64,000 nucleotides of DNA from an uncultured Verrucomicrobiae bacterium (GTDB lineage Bacteria; Verrucomicrobiota; Verrucomicrobiia; Chthoniobacterales; Terrimicrobiaceae): assembly GCA_963706955.1 (NCBI GenBank), contig CAVPOC010000009.1, positions 69,339-133,338 of the forward strand, read 5' to 3'. The notes beneath the pieces are model-generated. The model worked only from the letters and a program-made list of their open reading frames with translations, was not told the DNA's origin and did not search any database. This document shows positions 40,674 to 50,815 of this stretch, in pieces (positions within the stretch are counted from its first letter, which is position 1; every line of letters begins with the position of its first letter). A program made the translations under genes and the position numbers.

Positions 40674-41627
40674 TCACTCAAGTCTCTTTGCGGGAGATGA
40701 GGGATGTAGTTCGGCTTCCCCTCTCGCAATGGCGAGCCAACGAGCTTCAAACTGCCCCCATCGGCTCTCCTCTGGAAGCGTTGTATGGCTCACCGGGAAC
40801 TCCATGATCTCGCAGGAGGCGGAGAGGTGGTTGGCGATCGAATACACCGTCTCCGCAGGAACTACCGGATCGCGAAGACCAAGGCCGATCAGCGTGTCGC
40901 AGGAAATCATCCCGGCAAAGTTCATCGCGTCAAAATAACGGAGCACCAACATGACGTCCTCAGCTTCCTCCGGACGCTCTTTAAGGTAGCGCGCGATCTC
41001 CGCACCTGACCCCGATTTCACCAGGAAATAACGTCCCTCGGCCCAGCCAAACGTCGGGACGCCGACCACGAGAAGATCCGAAATGCCTCCGAGCGCCTCG
41101 GCCATGAGCGCGAGGCCCCCAGCAAAGCTGAACCCATAGGTCACGCGTCGCGATGTTCGCCCTTCAAAGAGATCACGCGCTATATGGATCGCGCGGAGAT
41201 AATCGCAGACTGCGCCGCGAAGCACGGATGTTTCAGGCGAGGCGATGCCCGTGAGCACATAGCCCCAGCGGGACAACACAGGGACCGCTGCTGCCGATCT
41301 GCCGAAACCACGAATATCAATGCCCACGACATTAAATCCTTGCTCCGCCCATTTCCATTGGATGTCGCACCGCGAAGCGTAACCGTGGCTGTGCACGATC
41401 AGCGGCCGCGGTTCCTCGTCGTACCCGGCGATGGTATAGCCGGTGATCTCGACACCGCCAAGCGATCGAAACGTCAACGTCGAGAGTTCGAGAAACTGGC
41501 GGCACTCACCCGGCACGCGCATCCGGCGCACTTTCGGATCGACCGCGCTGAGTTCCTGGCGCGTCTTTCTCCAGAATTCCTCGAAGTCTGGCGGACGGGT
41601 CAATGTCGGGCGTAGGCTGCGTTGCAT
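40674..41627 (-). CDS. Acetylxylan esterase / cephalosporin-C deacetylase family (CE7-like)
   Basis: RPPDFEEFW, HSHGY, DIRG, GFSFAGG nucleophile, LRYFDAMNFA, DPVVP, SH. Confidence 0.85.
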   Translation of the reverse strand: MQRSLRPTLTRPPDFEEFWRKTRQELSAVDPKVRRMRVPGECRQFLELSTLTFRSLGGVEITGYTIAGYDEEPRPLIVHSHGYASRCDIQWKWAEQGFNVVGIDIRGFGRSAAAVPVLSRWGYVLTGIASPETSVLRGAVCDYLRAIHIARDLFEGRTSRRVTYGFSFAGGLALMAEALGGISDLLVVGVPTFGWAEGRYFLVKSGSGAEIARYLKERPEEAEDVMLVLRYFDAMNFAGMISCDTLIGLGLRDPVVPAETVYSIANHLSASCEIMEFPVSHTTLPEESRWGQFEARWLAIARGEAELHPSSPAKRLE

Positions 41628-41680
41628 AGGATGCGCATCACGGTTGCTCGTGCCGGTGCGGCTGATATACTTGTGAGAGC

Positions 41681-42157
41681 ATGACCGCCGTTGAAGAGGT
41701 CGTCCAGATTCCGTTCTTTCAAGGGATCCCGGCGGAGGCCTTGCGCGAGATCGCCGCTCAATCTACCATTCTCACTCTCGAAGCCGGGCGAACATTCATC
41801 TCCCAGCACGCTGCCGCCGAGCACGTGTTTTTTCTGATTTCCGGTTCCGTGCAGTTTTACATTCACTTTCACGGCGTTGACGACCTGCTGGTGGGCACCA
41901 TGCGGCAGCCGGGAGCTCTGCTCGGCTGGTCGGTTGTTCGCAAGCCGCACCGCTACACCGCGACAGTGCGATGCGAAGAGGAATGCAGGGTGTTGCGGCT
42001 ACCACGTGACGTTTTGATCAGCCTTGTCGAGACCCAGCCGCGGCTCGGTTATCTGCTGCTCAAGCGCATCGCGGCGACGCTCGCAAATCGATTGGAACAA
42101 ACGCGCGATCTTCTTGTCCGGCCACCAGTCTCAGGCGAGCCGACAAGTCTTCAATGA
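41681..42157 (+). CDS. Stand-alone cyclic nucleotide-binding domain protein
   Basis: IPFFQGI, FFLISGSV, PGALLGWSVV..PHRYTAT, LANRL. Confidence 0.88.
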   Translation: MTAVEEVVQIPFFQGIPAEALREIAAQSTILTLEAGRTFISQHAAAEHVFFLISGSVQFYIHFHGVDDLLVGTMRQPGALLGWSVVRKPHRYTATVRCEEECRVLRLPRDVLISLVETQPRLGYLLLKRIAATLANRLEQTRDLLVRPPVSGEPTSLQ

Positions 42158-43626
42158 AATCAACTGCCGAGCTTCTCCAGGAGTCTCCGTTTTTTGAAAC
42201 CTTTGCGCCGCGCGACATCGACGCGCTCGCCGGACACGCTGTCATGTGCAGTGTGCCGACCGAGAACGTCATAGTGCGAGAGAATGAGCCTGCCGAAACC
42301 CTCTACATGATTGTGGCAGGCAAGGTCCGGCTTTCCTTTGAAGCTCCCGTAGCTTTCCACAAGCCCGGAGCGCACAATGACAAAGCTCTCATCCGAACCC
42401 TGACCGAACCAGGAAGGATCATCGGGTGGTCAGCTCTGGTCGAGCCTTTTCATTATCGGGCTACAGCAACCGCGATCGAGGACACACATCTGCTCGTTTT
42501 CGAACGCCAATGGCTCGAGCGCCGCGCAGAGGAGAATCCCGAATTTGGCGTGGAATTGATGACCCAAGTGCTATGGGTGCTCGGAAACCGCTTGCGCGAG
42601 GCGAGAATCCGGCTCGTAGCGAGCCGTTACGAGAAGGAGGCGCTCGCAATTCGCGCTCTTCTCGACCAGAGCGCCGCCCAGCTCAGCGTCACATCGCCTT
42701 TGCACAAGCTGCCGGTCTACCTCGAGAGCCGTCTCACCCTTTCTGATGCCTTTCAAACACTCGAGGTCTTGCGAAGACACGGCGATCCGTTCGAAGCGAG
42801 TCTTGCCCGAATGTCTCTTGAAATCTTGGAGAACGTCCGCAAGGAGCTGCAAATTTACCGTCAGCTCCAGCGCATCTACGAAGTGGTCAGCGAGGCGCCC
42901 GCCAACGCAACCCCGGAAGAGGTTCGGAGAGATTGCTGCATCGAATTCCGCAGGCTCTTTGAACTTGTGGATCATATCATCGAAGGTGAGGCGAACTTGC
43001 CGTCGGAAGCCGGCCACATTTTCATCATGAACCACCTCGTGAGCCATCCCGAGAACACGCTCCCCAATGATTTCCAGCTAACGTTAGATACACATTTCGT
43101 CTCGTGCATGTTGTTGAGTCCGAAGTATGGCGAGCCACCCCTTCGAGTCGTCCGAAAATCGCATCCGGACGAGTACGGGCACCAGAAGTACTTCGACCGG
43201 CTTGGTTATATTTACGTCTACGCGAAACATGTGGATGAGGACGAAGGAAATCCGAAGCTGCTTGCGGAGCAGAGGCGCCGGGCCTTTCTTGAAACTGCGG
43301 CGCGATGTCTTCGCGACGGCAAGAACCTGGTCATATGCCCGGAAGGGACATGTAGCGTAACTGAACGGTCTCCGCTTCCGCTCAAAGCGGGGGTTTTCCG
43401 GCTGGCGGCGTTCGTCGAACCAGAGCCGCTGATCGTTCCAATCGTGGTCGCCAATTTCGATCGCAAGCTTACGCGGACGACGCTAGTGGCCCACGTGCAC
43501 GAACCGTTTCACCTCTCAGACCACGTGCGTAAGCCGATCCAAGACGACGCGCTGTTCGCCTTTATTGCCGAGCTGAGAGAACGGATGGGTTGCTGGGTAC
43601 GAGACGCGTGCCGGCGCCTGAGATAA
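42154..43626 (+). CDS. Fusion of a cNMP-binding domain and a PlsC-like acyltransferase
   Basis: N-terminal SPFFETF, YMIVAGKV, IGWSALVEP; C-terminal IIEGEANLP, IFIMNH, VICPEGT, PLKAGVFRLA, IVPI; ATGA overlap with upstream gene. Confidence 0.85.
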   Translation: MKSTAELLQESPFFETFAPRDIDALAGHAVMCSVPTENVIVRENEPAETLYMIVAGKVRLSFEAPVAFHKPGAHNDKALIRTLTEPGRIIGWSALVEPFHYRATATAIEDTHLLVFERQWLERRAEENPEFGVELMTQVLWVLGNRLREARIRLVASRYEKEALAIRALLDQSAAQLSVTSPLHKLPVYLESRLTLSDAFQTLEVLRRHGDPFEASLARMSLEILENVRKELQIYRQLQRIYEVVSEAPANATPEEVRRDCCIEFRRLFELVDHIIEGEANLPSEAGHIFIMNHLVSHPENTLPNDFQLTLDTHFVSCMLLSPKYGEPPLRVVRKSHPDEYGHQKYFDRLGYIYVYAKHVDEDEGNPKLLAEQRRRAFLETAARCLRDGKNLVICPEGTCSVTERSPLPLKAGVFRLAAFVEPEPLIVPIVVANFDRKLTRTTLVAHVHEPFHLSDHVRKPIQDDALFAFIAELRERMGCWVRDACRRLR

Positions 43627-44088
43627 CTAGCGATTGGCGATTCCCTCATAGAGGTCCAACCATCGCGTAGAACTCACAAGATCGATGCGCGAGAATTGGC
43701 TTTCTTTTCGCGAATATTGGTACTATCCCGAGCGACCGCGATGACGAAAACACTTCGCCGATCCCAGTTGATCGCCGGCGAGCCGTCCGATGCAACGGAC
43801 AGTGTTGAACGCAAAAAGGGTTTGGGAGCAGGAGCTTAACCATACCGACGAGCAGCGTACATCGTCTACGCGCCATAGAGGATAAAGCTTCGAATGAGGC
43901 CAAAGATTTCCTGACTGCGGAACCGCAGGAGAAGCTGAAAGAACTCGCCAAGCCTGAGTCAGTGATGCAATGTATGCGTCCAATCCAGCATGCCGAGGCA
44001 ACTCACGGCGAGGTCGGACACCATGTGTCGGTCGGCTGCTTAGAAATTCAAGACAAGGCCGAAAAAGCGCATTCCTCTCATTGAAGTC

Positions 44089-44583
44089 ATGAACGATTTT
44101 CCGGACACCAAAATCGACTCGCTGGATCCGAAAAACCGCGAGCAGATCATTAGTATGGCGCGACGGCTGCTCAGAGCCGACAACGTGGGGATGTTCTGCA
44201 CAATTGATGAGAGCGGATTTCCTCAAGCGCGCTGGATGGCCACGATGTCGTTTGATGACTTTCCCGACTTATATACCCTCACGTCTGCGAGGAGTCGAAA
44301 AGTTGCCCAGATCCAAGCGCACCCAACTGTCCACTGGGTGTTTTCGAACCGCGATTTGAGCTTCATCGTTAACTTAACCGGATCGGCGGAAATTTACCTC
44401 CACGAGGCCGAGGCGATGAAGCGAATCTGGCAGCAGATCGTAGACAAATCGCGCGCCTTCTTCCTCCAGGACCCTGCGAAAGGCCCCGGCTTCGTCGTAA
44501 TTCACACGAAGGTTGAAAGCATAGAGTGCACCCTCCCGCGGAAAGTGCTCACCGTGTCGATTGATCCCGTAGAAATGAGGTAG
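44089..44583 (+). CDS. Pyridoxamine 5'-phosphate oxidase family (general stress protein 26-like)
   Basis: TIDESGFPQARWM, SRKVAQIQAHPTV, LTGSAE. Confidence 0.8.
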   Translation: MNDFPDTKIDSLDPKNREQIISMARRLLRADNVGMFCTIDESGFPQARWMATMSFDDFPDLYTLTSARSRKVAQIQAHPTVHWVFSNRDLSFIVNLTGSAEIYLHEAEAMKRIWQQIVDKSRAFFLQDPAKGPGFVVIHTKVESIECTLPRKVLTVSIDPVEMR

Positions 44584-44614
44584 GCCGTTGGCGCCGCGAA
44601 GGCTTAGTGCGCCG

Positions 44615-45068
44615 CGCTATCTGGCGCCGCATCCCTCGCAATAGACGAGCGTGTTCCCGCTGAAGTGGACCGGTTTGCTTCGGATTTGATCGAACTCTCA
44701 ACTCGTCACCACTTTGCACATTGGCTAGCGGAAGCAGCTATTTACCGCGGCTGGGGTCGGAGCGCTTCCGGTGACACCGCGGGAGGTATTCCGTGGATCG
44801 AGCACGGAATGAAAGACTATCGAGCAACCGGCGCGATCCTGGGACTTCCATATTACCTAGCACTAAGGGCTGAAGCATTACATCTAGCGGATCGTCCCGC
44901 AGAAGCGCTTCAAACCATAGACGAGGCAGAAGCAATGGTGGAAAAACTTGAAGAGCGACACCACCTTGCGGAGTTGCACCGGCTGCGCGCAGTGTTTCTC
45001 GCGTCGATGGGTGCTGATGAAACCCAAATTGAAGCTTCATTTCTCGAAGCCATAGCAATCGCGAAAAG
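44615..45068 (+). pseudogene. C-terminal TPR-like fragment of an adenylate cyclase/AAA ATPase type protein
   Basis: ELSTRHHFAHWLA..GW....G..AGG, PYYLALRAEA, AELHRLR, EASFLEAIAIAK; rest of gene absent. Confidence 0.7.
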
Positions 45069-45165
45069 CCATTTTCGTGGGCATAGGTTTTCTCCTGTTG
45101 ATTGCTCAACAAGCCATCGCATACCCGCGCACTGTTGCGTGGAACAATAGATGCCCGCAATCGCT

Positions 45166-45471
45166 TCAGGCCGGTTTCAGCGTCGCCAAATCCAACTCAC
45201 CGTGCTGACTCGTGAACGTCACCTCCCGTCCGCTCCCACTCTGGTGTTGCTGAACGCCAGAGATGCGATGATCGCCGGTGTCATACAGTTGGACTTTGCC
45301 ATCGCCCGTATCGACAGCCAGCCGCTTGTGATTCCCGAAGAATACATAACGCGTTTCGTTCTGACCGCCGAAAGAGTTGGGATGCTCGCCGAGTGCTTCC
45401 GGCCACCATCGCTCTGGTGCTTTCATGGGCGTCATAGGTTTCATTCCGGACATGGGTTTCATTGGTTTCAT
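45166..45471 (-). CDS. Hypothetical protein with M-x-P repeat leader and WWP...QN..RY..DTGDH domain
   Basis: MKPMKPMSGMKPMTPMK then WWPEALG, GGQNETRY, YDTGDHRISGVQQ, FTSQHG. Confidence 0.7.
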   Translation of the reverse strand: MKPMKPMSGMKPMTPMKAPERWWPEALGEHPNSFGGQNETRYVFFGNHKRLAVDTGDGKVQLYDTGDHRISGVQQHQSGSGREVTFTSQHGELDLATLKPA

Positions 45472-45804
45472 AGTGGATTGTTTTGTTAAAGCTGCAGGCC
45501 CTTCGGAAAAAGAGGCCAGCATGGGTTCATGTTCACCGTGGGACGGATCGCGCACAACCGCTCCAACGGTCGCGCAAACTCGCAATTAAACATAAATCGT
45601 TCGACGTTCATCGTAGAGAATTTGAGCCTCAGTTCACAAAGAATTTCCATCGCGATAAATCGGCTCGCTTCACCACAGCTTGGCGAGAGCATTCAAACAG
45701 CGTCACGAAAACCACCCTGTCCGCTCACCCAATCAATCATCTCCTCTTCCGCGCCTCCCTCCCGCGCAGGAGCATTTCGCCTCCGACCATGCGAGGGTTG
45801 AGCT

Positions 45805-46050
45805 TCAGCCTATGGCTTGGGCAAGCGGTCCAAAAAATCCGACGATGCGATGTAGCTTGCCATCGGAGTTCAGCTCACCGAAATCAATTCCCTCCAAAAA
45901 ACACTTTCCCATCCGCATGCGCCAGGTGAAGCGAAACTTCCCGTGATGCGAATCGATCCCACTAGTAACCACAAAGTAGGCTCCAGAGAACTGCTCAAAG
46001 AATGCCCCGATGTGATCGACGAGCGCCTTTCTGCCTGCAACGTGTTCCCC
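45805..46050 (-). pseudogene. SnoaL-like protein, C-terminal fragment
   Basis: GRKALVDHI, DSHHG..RFTW, EGIDFGEL..DGKL.RIVGFFG; N-terminus missing. Confidence 0.65.
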
Positions 46051-46052
46051 GG

Positions 46053-46448
46053 CTACTTCCGTCGCCGCGCTTCCTGACCGACGCGCAGCTCGACGGGCTG
46101 GCCGTGGGGTGTGTGCCGGTAGGCTTCCGCCCATTCCTCTTTGCGCACCTGGATTGCCGCCTCCTCCGCGAGCCTCTTCGCCGCCACGAGTTTCTCGAGG
46201 GCGGAGAGCCAGTGCTCATAGTAGCGAGTGCCATCGTCCGGAGTGCGCCCTGCTTTGGCGTCCGCCGCGTCCGCGGCCTTGATCTCCTCTGCGAGCGCGG
46301 CGGCCCACTCGACCCACGTAAACCAGCCCGCCTCCGACAGCTTAATCGCCAGAGCAAAGGCTTGTGCCTGCCACGGCTCGGCGAACACGGGCTCGCCCGC
46401 GTCCCGGGGCTGCCGGGCAAAGCTCGGGTCTCGCAGGGAGGGTCTCAC
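46053..46448 (-). CDS. Nitrile hydratase accessory protein (NhlE/P14K-like); start uncertain
   Basis: PVFAEPWQAQAFAL, FTWVEWA, YYEHWLSALEKL, TPHGQP. Confidence 0.88.
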   Translation of the reverse strand: MRPSLRDPSFARQPRDAGEPVFAEPWQAQAFALAIKLSEAGWFTWVEWAAALAEEIKAADAADAKAGRTPDDGTRYYEHWLSALEKLVAAKRLAEEAAIQVRKEEWAEAYRHTPHGQPVELRVGQEARRRK

Positions 46449-46470
46449 GGCGGGAGCACTCTGCTTAGCG

Positions 46471-47130
46471 TCACGGGCGGTCGAGATAGCTCTCCCATAA
46501 GTCAAGGTAGACGGCGTCCCGGGGCGAGGCCTCGTCGCCCCACAGCTCCCGCGCTTCGAAACGTACGGAATAGAGATGTTGGGGATGTTCGCCTTGGAAG
46601 TGCGCGTTGGTGTCGGGGAACACATGCACCCCGTGGTCATGCCGGACGATGCCCACGTGATTCCGCGCGTAACGGGGCAGGCGTGTGTGCCCGGCCGGAT
46701 GGAGGTTGCGCGCACGAACCCGGTCACCCGGCTTGAAGCGCGCGGCGACCTGCATGTCGCGGGTAAAGGGACTGGGGCCGAAGATAGCCTCGTGCACACC
46801 CTCCACCGTCAAGGGCGGCGTGGCCTTTGACGTGACTGGCGCGGGCTGGCCGTTCTCGAGCTCCTCCCATGTGACTAGCCCAACCTCGACGATCTGTCCG
46901 ACAAGCCCGGTGAACCACTTCTCGTAGTAGCTCATGCGCAAATACTCGGCGGGAGGAATCAGCTCCCGCTGGTGCCGCACGTAGTCGATGTTCCACTTCC
47001 CCCAGGATCCGAGGGCCTTGGTGATGGCGTGAGTGCGGGCCTCCCAACGGTGGTGGAACACGGGCTCGTTCGCCTCGGGCTCGACGGGGCCAAAGCCGTG
47101 CATCCCGCCCATATCGTGAACGCCGTTCAT
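46471..47130 (-). CDS. nthB: Nitrile hydratase beta subunit
   Basis: [33 protein letters not shown]...ELWG, DLWESYL. Confidence 0.96.
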   Translation of the reverse strand: MNGVHDMGGMHGFGPVEPEANEPVFHHRWEARTHAITKALGSWGKWNIDYVRHQRELIPPAEYLRMSYYEKWFTGLVGQIVEVGLVTWEELENGQPAPVTSKATPPLTVEGVHEAIFGPSPFTRDMQVAARFKPGDRVRARNLHPAGHTRLPRYARNHVGIVRHDHGVHVFPDTNAHFQGEHPQHLYSVRFEARELWGDEASPRDAVYLDLWESYLDRP

Positions 47131-47750
47131 CGCTTGGCTCCCGGCCCAGGCGCGGCCACCCGCGCCGTGCCGATCATGCTGTCCCGGGTGACGAGAGCGG
47201 CAAGCTGCTCCTCGGTCATGCCTTCCGTCCCCACCGGACGCTCGGGCAGGACGAGGTATCTCACCTCCGCCGTCGAGTCCCAAACGCGAACCTCCACGTC
47301 CTCCGGCAGCGTCACGCCGAATTCTTGCAGCACGGCCCGCGGCTCGCGCACCGCGCGCGAACGGTAGGGAGCGGACTTGTACCAGACGGGCGGCAACCCC
47401 AGTATCGGAATCGGATAGCAGGAGCAGAGCGTGCAGACGACTAGGTTGTGGACGCGTGGCGTGTTCTCCACGGCGACCATATGCTCGCCCGCCCTACCCA
47501 CGTACCCCAGCTCGGCGATCGCGGCTGTCGCGTCATGGAGCAGGCGTGTCTTATACGCCGGATCGCTCCACGCCTTCGCGACCACGCGGGTCCCGTTGCG
47601 CGGCCCGATCTTGTGCTCATAGGTGTCCACGATCGCGTCGAGGGCTGCCGGATCCACGAGACCCTTTTCCACGAGCAAGGATTCGAGCGCCTTGACCCGT
47701 AAGGTCAGGTCCGATGGCGCATCCTGACCATGATCATGCTCGTGATCCAT
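47127..47750 (-). CDS. nthA: Cobalt-type nitrile hydratase alpha subunit
   Basis: VCTLCSCY (Thr = Co type), [28 protein letters not shown]. Confidence 0.96.
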   Translation of the reverse strand: MDHEHDHGQDAPSDLTLRVKALESLLVEKGLVDPAALDAIVDTYEHKIGPRNGTRVVAKAWSDPAYKTRLLHDATAAIAELGYVGRAGEHMVAVENTPRVHNLVVCTLCSCYPIPILGLPPVWYKSAPYRSRAVREPRAVLQEFGVTLPEDVEVRVWDSTAEVRYLVLPERPVGTEGMTEEQLAALVTRDSMIGTARVAAPGPGAKR

Positions 47751-48072
47751 AGGGCCTCGTGGGGGTAGGGTGCGATTGGTCATGACTTCGGGCGGCCAGG
47801 AACAGGATATGTTTGTCGGCATCTCATCCGATCTGAGTGGGGCCGTAAAGGTTTTCCGGAATCTGACTTGCTCGTCCGCGCCGCGAGTATCGGTATAGTG
47901 TCTCGAAGCGCTTTGGGATTGTCCTCGCGGGAGCCGGGTGTCCGAACGGCGGCCATGCTAAACGATTCAACACGGAAAAGGCGTGTCGCCTGGCGGAGCA
48001 GCGCGGGCGTGGGTGAGGATTCGTTGCTTGCTAACGTGCGCAAATTTCCGTTTCTTGAGTTCTCCCCTAATA

Positions 48073-48088
48073 CAGTATTTAAACACTG
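48073..48088. promoter_or_regulatory. Candidate operator palindrome in the nthA/HupE divergent region
   Basis: CAGTATTTAAACACTG (7 of 8 pairs), overlapping AATACAGTATT, 80 bp upstream of the HupE ATG. Confidence 0.4.
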
Positions 48089-48167
48089 CATGCAGAGCCA
48101 ATCCGGTCTGGCTTTAAATTTTTCAGTAGAGCCAACCAAACAAAACCAACAAAAATAGGCAGACGGT

Positions 48168-48812
48168 ATGAACAAATCCAGCAAAGCATCCCTGTATGCG
48201 CTGTTGTTGGCATCCCTTGTGGGACTGCCATCGCTTGCTCAGGCTCATCACGCTGAGTTCATGACCGCCGAACCGTTCCTGCAGGGCATCAGCATGCCGA
48301 TTCACGGAGTGGATCACATGCTCGTGACTATCGCTGTTGGCCTCATAGCCGCACAACTGGGCGGCAACGCCTTGTGGGCGATTCCGGGCATTTTCAGCGT
48401 GTCCGTGTTGCTCGGAGGCATCTTGAATATCATGGGCGTTCCGGTTCCACTCGCAGAATACGGAATTCTGGCTTCCATCACAGTCTTTGCGGGATTGCTT
48501 GCATGGGGCTCGCGGCTATCGATCCTTCTCACGCTCTGTGTCGTTGCACTATTTGCGTCCTGCCACGGCAGCGCTTTGATCGCCAACGATGGCTATGTCA
48601 ACAACATGCCAGCATTTATCGCCGGATGCCTATTTTCTGCATTGCTCTTGCAGGGCATCGGCATCGCGTTGGCACTTCTGCTCCAACGGGTGCTGCAACG
48701 CCGTGTCTATCGTTACGCGGGCTTGGCGATGCTAATGGCTGCGGGGGTTATCGGCCTCTTTCCGAGCGTCAACGACTTCATGATCAACCTGATCGAAAAA
48801 TCAGGCCATTGA
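48168..48812 (+). CDS. HupE/UreJ family Ni/Co permease
   Basis: Signal peptide AQAHH, PIHGVDHMLV..AVG, EYGILAS, FASCHG. Confidence 0.9.
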   Translation: MNKSSKASLYALLLASLVGLPSLAQAHHAEFMTAEPFLQGISMPIHGVDHMLVTIAVGLIAAQLGGNALWAIPGIFSVSVLLGGILNIMGVPVPLAEYGILASITVFAGLLAWGSRLSILLTLCVVALFASCHGSALIANDGYVNNMPAFIAGCLFSALLLQGIGIALALLLQRVLQRRVYRYAGLAMLMAAGVIGLFPSVNDFMINLIEKSGH

Positions 48813-49243
48813 GTGAAGATTCCTGTCACCGTTTTTGCCGGCTTTTGCTTGTCTTCAAGAACTGCGAGCGCTGCCGCCATTGAGTCCGACTTCGCTCCTG
48901 GATTACGTTCCAAGTCACCATCCGGAATTTTCAATCATAGCCATCACAGAGTTTACTCGCTCCCCAATGGCCCTTCGCTTCAGCTTTCGATGACGACGCG
49001 GTGCGCGCTCGCCATTGCCGACTATCAGTGAAGCCCAGGTCAAGGCTGGGACTCGATCCGAACATGGAGGAACTCAATCGCTACCGCCTCGGCGCCCCGC
49101 GGCGTGATCGAAAGCTGACTGTTGAACCTGGTACCTAATAAAGCAGGACGGAGCTTTGGATCGCCGGGCAAAGACAGATTCTTGTTGATTGCCTTGATAA
49201 ACTGGAGAGCCGCCCAAGGGAACGGCCGAGGCGAGATGGCTGA

Positions 49244-50359
49244 TCAGCGGTCCAGCGACAGGGCGTTTACGGCTTCCGATCTCCACGTGAGTCCGATGCC
49301 CGGACGGTCCGGAACGCGTGCAAGGCCATCCTGGATCTGCAGCGGCTCCTCGAGAATCGATTCGGCCCAGTCGACATACTCCAGGTAGTGGCAGGTCGGG
49401 CTCGCAGCGAGCAGGTGCGAGCTGATCTCTGGCAGCAGATGCGAAGACATCTCGATGCCGTGCGCTGCAGCGATGCCCGCCGCTTGAATCCAGCCGCTCA
49501 CGCCGCCGATGCGAGCCGCATCCGGCATGACGTAGTCGCACGCCCCGGCGGCGAGCGCCTCGATCATGGCCTGCGGGCCATTGAAGTTCTCACCGATTTG
49601 CACTGGTACGGCGAGCTCTCTCGCGACCGTCGCGTTGCCGGCGTAATCGTCGTGACGGATGGGCTCCTCAAGCCAGGCAACGCCTTCGCCTTCGAGGGCG
49701 CGTCCGCGGCGGATCGCCTCGGCCACCGTCAGCGCTTGATTATAATCGACCGGCAGCTCGATGGCGTCGGGAAGCCGCTTGCGCACCGCGCGGGTGACCG
49801 CGAGGTCCTGCTCGAGCTTGGGATGGCCGAGCCGCAGCTTCACGGAGAGAAACCCGCCTGCGAGTAGCTTCTCGGCTTCGTCCGCGGCGGCCTCCGGCGA
49901 CATGAGGCCCAGTCCGCTCGAGTTGTAGGCAGGGATCGGCTTGGGCTTGGCTCCGAGGAGGGTCGCCAGCGGCAGGCCCGCGGCGACGGCGAGGGCATCC
50001 CACAACGCCGCGTCGAGCCCAGAGAGCGCCATACGGACCAAGCTTGCTACCCCGACAAGCGCGAAGCGTCTGGCAAGCTTCACCCCAATGTCGAGGGGCA
50101 CAACGGGCTCCCCCTTGACCATCGAGACCGCATCCCGCAGCACGACGTCGATCGCCCGGGGGACGCTCGGACGATAGCAGAACAGGTAGGTGCGGCCGGT
50201 GATCCCGTCTTCGGTCTCGAGATCGATGAGCAACAATGGCGCGCTGCGAACAGTGCCGGCACTGGTGCCGAGCGGGAACTTCATCGGCACCTCGACCGCG
50301 GACGTCCGAATCCCTCTAATCGTCAGGAGCGGCAACCGGGTCATGCTCACACCGGGCAT
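49244..50359 (-). CDS. Mandelate racemase / enolase superfamily enzyme
   Basis: KLR, VDYNQ, WLEEP, GENF, MPDAARIGGVSGW, SSHLLPE, LEY. Confidence 0.9.
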   Translation of the reverse strand: MPGVSMTRLPLLTIRGIRTSAVEVPMKFPLGTSAGTVRSAPLLLIDLETEDGITGRTYLFCYRPSVPRAIDVVLRDAVSMVKGEPVVPLDIGVKLARRFALVGVASLVRMALSGLDAALWDALAVAAGLPLATLLGAKPKPIPAYNSSGLGLMSPEAAADEAEKLLAGGFLSVKLRLGHPKLEQDLAVTRAVRKRLPDAIELPVDYNQALTVAEAIRRGRALEGEGVAWLEEPIRHDDYAGNATVARELAVPVQIGENFNGPQAMIEALAAGACDYVMPDAARIGGVSGWIQAAGIAAAHGIEMSSHLLPEISSHLLAASPTCHYLEYVDWAESILEEPLQIQDGLARVPDRPGIGLTWRSEAVNALSLDR

Positions 50360-50815
50360 GTTGGACACCCTTTCGGCGTCGCTCCCTCATAGGCAAGACA
50401 ATTTTTGGGTATTTGACGAAAGGGAAATAGAGTACGCAGAAGAATCTGCGTCAGTGCATGACGGCTCTTTTTGAGATTATCGTATGCAAGATCAATAAAT
50501 GTGGGGCGCCTAAATGGACGCATTCCTAGACCATGAACAGCTTCATGATGGAACGCTAATGCGAGTAGAGGGCGATATGGAATTTCGCATCTACTGCGAA
50601 GACGTCGGGTGATGCCCGATTAGTATGTAACGGAAGGCGTTTTGAACCTGTTTGTGGATCTATGCGACGATGCGCCTAGAGAAGCAGATTATTCTCCATG
50701 GATCCGGTGACGCTAAAAAGCGAGCCGTGCTATAGTGCGGAGCTATTTACGCGGTTATCCGCACCTCTCTAGTTATCTCTTTAGCTTTATTTGCCTATTT
50801 AGCAAACGGTCACGC

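Noticed and set aside
47830..48160. Cobalamin or NiCo riboswitch upstream of HupE/UreJ or nthA
   Set aside because: Could not find the B12-box/GGGAA core or the NiCo four-way junction by eye; an Rfam scan would settle it
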